From: a virus
Reading direction: 5' to 3' (one strand)
DNA length: 64,000 nucleotides
IMG/VR virus record: IMGVR_UViG_3300032770_000003
Location: 107,495-171,494 of that record
Positions within the stretch are counted from its first letter, which is position 1; the number at the start of each line of letters is the position of its first letter. Below, one piece after another: positions 56,638 through 64,000 of the stretch. The position numbers and the translations under genes were made by a program. The notes beneath the pieces are model-generated. The model made no database searches. It was not told the origin of the DNA and saw only the letters and a list, made by a program, of their open reading frames with translations.

Positions 56638-57616
56638 GCAGGTTAAAGGCATGTCCTGGTACAGCTGCTGGCGGTTTCGCCGGTGGAACAGGAAGCCTAT
56701 GTTCCACACGCCCCGCCAGAACGTCGACGTGACTGGGTAGTGAAGGGGAGTCATCTCACTTCGAGGGATCACCATCCCAGTCGAGCACTCCGAGCTGGCG
56801 ATCGATCGCCCACTGCTCTTCCGGTAGCAGGCGATCGAAGTTGCTCGGACGTCGCTGAGCCGCACGAGCCAGGGGCCCCAATCCGTCCTCGTGACGGATG
56901 ACCTCCAGAGGCAGTGACGAGGCCAACACCGGCGTGGTCGGGATCCCTCGCCGGATCCGATCAGCCAGATAGCGGGGCCCTCCTAGCCACGCATCTCGGC
57001 CCTCGGACGTAGTCAGCCACGCGACGATAGCATCACGCTCGATTGCCACAGCATCTCGCGCTCGCATTCGGAACCGATCCTTTCAGACCCCCTGAAGGAT
57101 TGCTTCCCCCGAGATAGTATCAGGAAAGCTTCGACTTCACCCGCTCCACTACCAACGCGAGAAGCGTACTGGGATCCTGCTCCAAGCGTGGGCCCAACAT
57201 GATCAGCTTGCTACTCACAAAAGACACCACTGTGTCAATGATTTTTTCTGCACGCGCCCTTACAGTCGGCGGGTAGTGCTTCTTGCAGTAGAGCTTGCCT
57301 TCGTAGGTCAGCTCACCCTCGTAGAGGCAACGCTCATCGTCCTGGTGGCGTCCGCGCGTGGCGCGCTCGACGATACCGTTGCAGCGGATCGCGGGATTGG
57401 CGACTTTGAAGCCTGTGAGGCGCGGCTTCTGCTGGCGCATCCTAGCGCCCGTCCACCGCCACGTGAGGCTGTGGCGCGATAAGTCCAAGTACCATGCGAG
57501 GATAGTATCAATGATTCTGGGTAGCTGTCGAGCTGAATCTCAGGCAGACTCCAGATTTAGGAAGCGGGGCAGCGCCGGCTAGACTTCTTGAGCCGGCGTG
57601 CCCCACCGAAGCGATC

Positions 57617-58111
57617 TTAGGGGTTGTAGGATACTGAGTACACACGGGAAGTGGAATTACCCGGTGCCAAGTTGCACTCGACGAAGAGACTATCGCCTGA
57701 GTCGACGGTGACCTTGGGGAGCGTAATCGTATGGACGTTGGCTCCGCCGAACGCATCCATATTGGTCCAATTGCCCCACGTCATGACCCCATTGTTCGTC
57801 ATCTTGCCGGTAAAGCATTGAACGTCAGTCACGGCATAAGCTCCCCAGGCTTTCACCGTGACGGACTTCGAGCCTGTGTTGTCGACGCGCAGGGAGTAGA
57901 CAACCGAAGCCTCGGAGTCGGTGCAGGTGTTTGCGATTGCACCGGTGAGTCCGTATTGGATATCGCAGAATTGGTATTGGCTGAATGCGTTGCCGATTTG
58001 TTCGACGCCAGCAACACCGGGAAGTATTGCCGCTTGAGCAGAGATGGCGATGCCGATGAGTGCGGTGAAGATGAGTGCGGTGAAGATGAGCGCTCGCAGT
58101 GTGCTTTTCAT
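57617..58111 (-). CDS. Secreted protein
   Basis: GGAGG RBS; signal peptide with ALIFT repeats ending AQA. Confidence 0.7.
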   Translation of the reverse strand: MKSTLRALIFTALIFTALIGIAISAQAAILPGVAGVEQIGNAFSQYQFCDIQYGLTGAIANTCTDSEASVVYSLRVDNTGSKSVTVKAWGAYAVTDVQCFTGKMTNNGVMTWGNWTNMDAFGGANVHTITLPKVTVDSGDSLFVECNLAPGNSTSRVYSVSYNP

Positions 58112-58160
58112 TCGATGCCTCCGTTACGTGGTTAACCCCCTGGAACACACCTAAGCTGTT

Positions 58161-58589
58161 TTACACGCCGCCGTCGGTCAGCTTGCGGGCGCCGTTGTCG
58201 CCCGGACAGTAGACCATTTGCAGATACGGAATGTTGGGCAAGACATCGACGGTGCACCCGCGCGGCGTGCCGCACACGAACGAGCACGCGTCGGCGATGT
58301 CCCCGCAGTAGGTCGAGCCCTGGTTCGGGAACGTCCAGAATTTGTCAGTGGGGCACGGTCCGTCGAGCGCGCTGCCGGTCGCGCCGAGCTTGATGCCGGC
58401 GTCGTTCACGTGACCGCCGTTGCCCTTGGGGCATGGCAACGCACCACAGACCATCGGGTATCCGGGATTCTCGATGACCGGCGCCGCATCCATGACCACA
58501 GCGGCGTCCGGCGACTCGCCTGGTGGAAGCAGCCCAGCGCGGCCACATCCCAGGACCAACAGGGACAGAACCAGTAGTGAACCGCGCAT
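58161..58589 (-). CDS. Cys-rich lipoprotein (myxobacterial style)
   Basis: Lipobox LVLG-C; PDAA/DAG/DGG motifs. Confidence 0.65.
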   Translation of the reverse strand: MRGSLLVLSLLVLGCGRAGLLPPGESPDAAVVMDAAPVIENPGYPMVCGALPCPKGNGGHVNDAGIKLGATGSALDGPCPTDKFWTFPNQGSTYCGDIADACSFVCGTPRGCTVDVLPNIPYLQMVYCPGDNGARKLTDGGV

Positions 58590-58604
58590 GGGCAAACTCC
58601 TCTC

Positions 58605-59543
58605 TTAGAAGCCGGCTACGACGATGTTATCGAAAGTCGCTGGCACGGGGCCAGTATCATTGTCCGAACTGAGGCGGATTTGATCGAACTGGATGCCCTG
58701 CGTACCAGGCGTCATGTCGAAGGTCGTCGAGGTGTTCACTCTCGGCGTGAGCCCGTACCAGCACCACCAGCCCGTCTGCGGTTGGTGCATGCACACGTCC
58801 GCTTTCTCGGACGGCGGATCGACGAAGCCGACCACGTCGATCGACTTCGGGCTAAAGGGCATCTGCACCCGCGTCGGTCCGTATTTCAGGTTTTCGAGGA
58901 CCCAAAAGCTGACATTGATGATCTCGGGGCCGTCGTGACCGCTGATCGTGCGATCGATCGTCGTGGGATCGGGCACGCGGCACGCGCCGTTGGCCGGGAA
59001 ACCGAGCCAGCCTTGCGGGCCGAAGCACGTGAAAATCGAAGGATAGTTGAGGTGGTAGTGAGACTGGATCGTCGGGGTGACTTTCACCGCACCGAGGGTG
59101 CCGCCACAGTTTTGCGAGTACCCAACAGGCTGAAAACAGAAGCTGTCCCCCGCGTCCTGGACTGCAACCGAAAGCACGCCGTTGAAAACAGCAGTGCAAG
59201 TTGTCGTGCCAGCTCCCGCGAAGTTCACCGTGCACGTGTTGGGTGCCGCCGTAAGCGCCGTGTTGGCAAGCGTCTGCTGGATGACCGCACCAGCATGCAC
59301 CGTAGGCGATTGGTCCGGGAACGGATGCGCGAGGGACCATGCTTTTTTGTTGGCGACACGCTGAGCCATGACAGCGTCGGGCACCTTTTCGTTGGGCGCC
59401 CCCAGCTTGATGGGCCCGGACAGCGTCTGATCCTGGGTCAGATGCTCCGAATCCCCTGGGTCGGACGCGGGCGGCCCGTCGCAGCCCATCGCCATGATCG
59501 TTACGAATGCCGTGACCAGTCCTAGTCGCAGTTGCAGTTTCAT
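58605..59543 (-). CDS. Lipoprotein
   Basis: GGAGG RBS; lipobox MAMG-C. Confidence 0.7.
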   Translation of the reverse strand: MKLQLRLGLVTAFVTIMAMGCDGPPASDPGDSEHLTQDQTLSGPIKLGAPNEKVPDAVMAQRVANKKAWSLAHPFPDQSPTVHAGAVIQQTLANTALTAAPNTCTVNFAGAGTTTCTAVFNGVLSVAVQDAGDSFCFQPVGYSQNCGGTLGAVKVTPTIQSHYHLNYPSIFTCFGPQGWLGFPANGACRVPDPTTIDRTISGHDGPEIINVSFWVLENLKYGPTRVQMPFSPKSIDVVGFVDPPSEKADVCMHQPQTGWWCWYGLTPRVNTSTTFDMTPGTQGIQFDQIRLSSDNDTGPVPATFDNIVVAGF

Positions 59544-59554
59544 TCGCTACCTCC

Positions 59555-59791
59555 CTAACGTGGTTTTTCCTGGACCCCCTGAAGTCGAGTCGAATCAGAA
59601 ACCAGGCCAGCTTCGATCGCCAGCTCGGCCATGGTACGCGCGAAGCAAACCTCTGAGCCATCGGTGAACGTCATCACCCAATAACCATCTGAGCCGTCCG
59701 CTTCCGCGCTCCATTCGAGCGACTGGATCGTCTTGCCTTGTACGGCAGCGGAGAGCGAAGCTCGCCATTCGTCGGTGATCAAAGTTCCCAA
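59555..59791 (-). CDS. Hypothetical protein
   Basis: In series with the lipoprotein genes. Confidence 0.4.
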   Translation of the reverse strand: MGTLITDEWRASLSAAVQGKTIQSLEWSAEADGSDGYWVMTFTDGSEVCFARTMAELAIEAGLVSDSTRLQGVQEKPR

Positions 59792-59982
59792 AGTACCAGG
59801 TTGGGTACCGTATCAGGACCTTGCTAGTGTGTCCACCCTTAACTTTTCTCTAGGGTTTTGGCCGCCTTGCAAAGATATCCTCAGCAGTTGCCCGCAACAG
59901 CTCACCGATCAAGATCGCACACAGCTTGATTGGCGGCCAGTAAACTGCGAGCTTCGCCTTGACTTTCGTACGAATCACCGCC

Positions 59983-60225
59983 TCAGTTCACCCCCTTTCG
60001 GAATTCATCGTATCCCGGAATGAAGAGGCCGTCAGCGTCCATCCCCTCCAGGAGGTTGCCGAGGTAGCGAGGCTCCACCGCCAGCGCCGAACCCGACCAC
60101 TGCCACGAATCCGCAGCCACATTCTCGTGGATCCACTCCTTTGCGGTCTCGCTGACCGGTAGCACCAGCATCACGGAACCGTGGTTTTCCACCAGCACAT
60201 CGGGCTTCGCTGTTTCTTTCTTCAT
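59983..60225 (-). CDS. Small phage protein
   Basis: After the 21-nt motif; VENHGS...EWIHENV...ALAVEPRY. Confidence 0.6.
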   Translation of the reverse strand: MKKETAKPDVLVENHGSVMLVLPVSETAKEWIHENVAADSWQWSGSALAVEPRYLGNLLEGMDADGLFIPGYDEFRKGVN

Positions 60226-60268
60226 CGTCGTACCCTTCCTTTCAGCGAGAGGTCGATCCGCACAGAAG

Positions 60269-60829
60269 TCAGGCGGCCTTGACCTCCTCCTTGACCTCCT
60301 CCTTGAGCACCACCGCAGTGGTGTCGGCGACGATGAGCTTGACGCGACGAACGAGTTCCGGGTCGTAGGTGGCCAGACCCCGTTGCACGCAGTCCGTGAT
60401 GGAGGCGAACCCGCCGTCAGCGACCACGATGTGATCGAGCATGGGGATTCCGCACAGCTCACCGACGGCGCCCATCCGGACCGTGAGTTCGAGGTCGGGA
60501 ATGGAGGGAGTCGGATCCCCGCTGGGGTGGTTGTGGGCGAAGATGACCGCGGCTGCGCCATCAGCGATGGCGTTGCGGAAGACCTCACGTGGGTGCACCT
60601 CGACGCTGTCGAGCGGGCCGATACCCACCGTCCGGCGCGCGATCACCCGGTGCCGTGGGTCCAGACTGAAGACCACGAAGTGTTCCTGGGCAGCGGTGTG
60701 AATGTCGCGGGTGGCGGCATACACGTCACCCGCATTCTTGATCTGGCGGCCCTTGCGCACCCCGGAGCCGGTGGGGGGCTTGCTGGTCGGTTGATACACG
60801 GGTGGTTCGAAATCGTTCACGTTGCTCAT
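60269..60829 (-). CDS. radC: RadC-like JAB-domain protein
   Basis: QEHF...VHPREVF...AHNHPSGDPTPS.PD...LDHIVV. Confidence 0.9.
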   Translation of the reverse strand: MSNVNDFEPPVYQPTSKPPTGSGVRKGRQIKNAGDVYAATRDIHTAAQEHFVVFSLDPRHRVIARRTVGIGPLDSVEVHPREVFRNAIADGAAAVIFAHNHPSGDPTPSIPDLELTVRMGAVGELCGIPMLDHIVVADGGFASITDCVQRGLATYDPELVRRVKLIVADTTAVVLKEEVKEEVKAA

Positions 60830-60903
60830 CTGACTACCCCTTTTCAAAGTTCCAAGTTCCACATAGAGGTCGATCCCCACAGAAGTGGGGATCGAGTCCC
60901 TGT

Positions 60904-61398
60904 TCAACCTTCCTTGGCGGCGACCGTGATGGCTTTGGCCACCTGCAACTTACCGGTCGTACCCGCGTTCTTGAGCATCCAGTGCGCCCAGTCGAGCTTG
61001 GTCAGGCCCGCGAAGCCACGAGGGTGGGGTTGGGCGGCCAGCTTGGCTTCGACCGTGGGGAGCAGCGCGAGCGCCTCTTCGATGCGGGCGGCGTCGCGGG
61101 CGTGGCGGGCTTCCCGGTCCACCTTCGCCTTGGCCGCGTCAACCACCTTGCGCAGCCCAGCGTCGCCGGTCTTGTGCACGCAGTCGCAGCCGACCTTGAA
61201 GCGGCGGCCGTCCGCGCTCTGGATGGTGCACACGAACATGATGCCTTGACCGCAGTAGTCACAGCTGCTGCCGGGCTGCACCGGGGCGCCTGGGCAGGCG
61301 CAGTAGACTTCCTTGTGCATCCCGACGAAGCGGAACGGCGCCTTACCCAGCCCAGCCTTTTCGAAAACGTGAATCACAGTTCCAGTTCCAGTTTCCAT
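60904..61398 (-). CDS. Zn-binding phage protein
   Basis: FEKAGLGKAPF...CDYCG...FKVGCDCV; after the 21-nt motif. Confidence 0.65.
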   Translation of the reverse strand: METGTGTVIHVFEKAGLGKAPFRFVGMHKEVYCACPGAPVQPGSSCDYCGQGIMFVCTIQSADGRRFKVGCDCVHKTGDAGLRKVVDAAKAKVDREARHARDAARIEEALALLPTVEAKLAAQPHPRGFAGLTKLDWAHWMLKNAGTTGKLQVAKAITVAAKEG

Positions 61399-61447
61399 CG
61401 TCTGTCCTTCCTCTCGTCTCACGCTGAGAGGTCGATCTGCACAGAAG

Positions 61448-63850
61448 TCAGTAGTCGTAGTCGATGGGCTCTTCGACCACATCCTCGTAGCGGCCGCGGT
61501 GACCGAGCACCTCAGGCGCGTAGTGGGCCTCGACGGCGTCGATGCAGGTGTCGCACACACGCGAGAGAGGGATTCCCTTCGCGTCGTTCAGCCACCACGA
61601 ATTCGTCTTGTTGTGGGTTGCCTTGTGCGCTGTCAGCTCTCTGTCGGTCATGGGCGTATCCTTCCTACGTTGGGGGAATCAGTTGTTGGGAATCTCGACG
61701 TAGCCGCCATTCATCTTGGGGATGACGGCGCGGACAACGTTGTCCCCCACCAGGTGGTTATATGCGACCGGCAGCTCCGCCATCAGCTTGCGGCGCATTT
61801 CCATGGGCATGTGGTTGTCGAACCACCGGAGAAGCAGTTCCTGCTCGATTTGCGTCAGCTTGCTCAAGTCTTTCATCTTCGAACCCTCACTTTCGCTGAG
61901 AGGTCGATCTGCACAGAAGTTCAAATCATCTTTTTGATTCGCTGCACCACTCTTTCAAGGACAGCTTCAAGCTCCTTTGATTCAGAACTGCGATCCTCCG
62001 GATCGTCTTGCTCTGCGATTTCTGTAAACCAAACGGGGGCAATGTCGCCCCATTCATCCAGCTCGGCTGATAAGATCTTCGCTAGCTCTACTGCCGTCAG
62101 ATTACGGGGCACTAGTCGGCCTCCCACCCGAAGTAGAAGCGGGGGTAGTGCTGGAACTTCAATGAGCCCAGGGCCCCGTCGCTCTTCCGCACGACGACGG
62201 CGTAGGGCGCCAGGAAGCCCTTGACCTCGAAGTCGCGCTGCAGCTCATCGGTGTCCCATACCTGGCCGTGTTCCTCTTCCAGCTCGGCGCGCACTGCCTG
62301 CTTGGCGTTGATCTGGGCCTGTTCCTCCCTGCGGATGTTCTCGGTCGGATCGTGTGACATGTGATTACCCTTCCTTTCCCTGTTCCCTCGTTCGAGAGCT
62401 TAGAGACAATTCCCCCCTTTAGGGTTTTACCCATCGTGCGTTATGCAGGCCACTTTTGAGTAGTTCCTTCACCTGGAAAATTACTCTGACTGCTTGGCCG
62501 CAACAGGATCTGCAAACGCACTCGCTCTAGGAGTACTTTCAAGTAGTTCAGTAGCCGCAGTCACAACCTCCATCAGATCAGCCAGCGCCGCACGCGAACC
62601 CAAACACATCCGACAAGTACACAGACTTCCACCGAACTCCTTGTCTGTATTAAGGTGCTCACGGATGGATTGTGGCGAACGTGTGATTGTGGCCATTTGG
62701 GGTTAACCTTCCTTTCCCTGTTCCTCGTTCTTGTCGGCGCGGCGGCGGAGCTTCTTGGCCGCGGTCTTTGCCTCGAAGCGCGTGGCCCAGCGTGCCTTGT
62801 GCTTCGCCCCCGCTGCGTTCGCCTTGACATCCTGCAGAGCCATCAGATTCCTCCGTTCTCGGTCGCGATCACCGCGACCTTCTTGAAGTTTTTCCAGTAC
62901 CCGCGGCACTCCAGGACATCCGCCGCTTTCCCCCAGTCCTCTTCCGCCACCAGGAGCTTTGTGCGCTCCCCTTTTTCGTTCTCCGCGGACACCTCGAAGC
63001 AGCGAATCCTTTCCATCTTCCGACCTTCCTTCCTACGACGAGAGGTCGATCCGCACAGAAGTCAGGCTCTGACGACTTCGATGGTATGAGTGGGATCGCC
63101 GTCGTTGAAACGGATACAGGGAGCAGAGAGGCGGTTGATGTGGCTGGCGTAGAAGCTCACCAGCGCACCCGATTTGAAACCATTGAGGATTTTGAATGCG
63201 ACTTTGACCTGGTGTGAGTACTCAGGGCCAAGGGGGGTAACGCCGCAGACAACCATTCTGGTGTGGGCGGGGATACTACGAGCTTGGCAGCCCTTCGTCA
63301 CCTTGACTCGATCGCCGGCTTTCAGCATTGTCGTTTCCTTGGCCTGAGGTCGATCCGCACAGAAGTTGAAGAATACGATTCTGGACGAGGTAGAGAAAGA
63401 CCCTACGGTTGCTCCGAAAACGCCTACGCAGCTCACGATTGCGCACAGTCGTGCAGTGGTAACCACCACAGAATGGGCAGAGGTAGACCTTTTGCTTCCA
63501 ACGCGCAGCTACGCCTTCGGGCGTACTCCCTCGTACGATATCGCCTCTTTTGCAGACACTTGAGGCGGTGTACTCTGCCTCTGCCGTAGCGGGGCACGCT
63601 ATGCCCGCTTGCTCAGCATGCTGCACAGGGTGCGCAACTCCCTGACAGTCTCCTCAGCGATGGGCGCTGTCTGGTAGGGATCCTCGACGACCTGCCCCAG
63701 CGGCACCCCCTCGAAACGCTCCTCGACGTCGTCGAAGGCAACGAGAGGTAGGTCGACCTCGGTGATCTCGTCGTCGTCGCTCACCCAGTCGGCAAAGACC
63801 CACAACCCCTGCTCGTTCGTCATACCCCGTCTCCCTTGTTGAAGTTCCAA
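61448..63850 (-). other. Series of small early-type genes, several preceded by the 21-nt motif
   Basis: e.g. 61448-61651, 61679-61876, 62112-62360, 63062-63328. Confidence 0.55.
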
Positions 63851-64000
63851 GTTCCAAGGAGCTGAGGGGAAGACCCCCCCCCCCCAGCCCCAAACCCTGC
63901 TAGCGGCGCAGGTATTCCGCGCCGTAGAGCCCGCAGCCGTAACTCTTGAAATCCTGAGTGTAAATCGTGCCGCGGGGATGCTGCGCCTGAGATTTCCAGC

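Larger units (their letters stand above)
2877..63366 (-). repeat. Dispersed 21-nt junction element ACTT(C/T)TG(T/C)G(C/T/G)(G/A)GATCGACCT(C/T), 17 copies
   Basis: Plus-strand starts: 2877, 25707, 27961, 32029, 33664, 33684 (inverted), 38330, 39386, 41688, 42250, 43328, 60249, 60866, 61428, 61900, 63042, 63346. Confidence 0.92.

Noticed and set aside
63874-63886. Poly-C tract as a phase-variation site
   Set aside because: A single homopolymer near the window edge; it cannot be told apart from sequencing noise.
1-64000. Terminase, major capsid, integrase or rRNA genes
   Set aside because: No supporting motifs seen. The capsid gene probably lies beyond the left edge, downstream of the protease.

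Overview
GC-rich fragment of a large tailed-phage genome. A Myxococcota host is suggested by the lipoproteins, the Gly-linker secreted protein and a myxobacterial-type DNA-binding protein; this is inference. 1-23.5 kb (minus): head module with an intein-containing prohead protease, an intein-containing portal, two HNH endonucleases and probable head-packaged effectors (two RelA/SpoT synthetases, an HD hydrolase, a zincin, an InPase-GNAT fusion, a degenerate topoisomerase IB, low-complexity proteins). 23.9-43 kb (minus): DNA-metabolism and early genes (CobS/CobT, primase, WGR, intein-containing UDG, metallophosphoesterase, AAA+). 43.3-44.3 kb: non-coding strand switch beside a tRNA-like element. 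44.3-56.7 kb (plus): accessory genes. 56.7-64 kb (minus): secreted proteins, RadC and small genes. Main discoveries: (1) a Cas7/RAMP-like gene flanked by two long non-coding arrays of GGNNN pentamers cut into units by GGCAG, plus an orphan unit 20 kb away with the same leader, which together suggest a programmable RNA-guided system; (2) two homologous inteins whose Vsr/DUF559-like endonuclease is encoded on the opposite strand, in codon register with the splicing domain; (3) a 21-nt element present 17 times, mostly at gene junctions; (4) a synthetase-synthetase-hydrolase alarmone cluster in the head module. All calls come from reading motifs by eye; no database searches were run.
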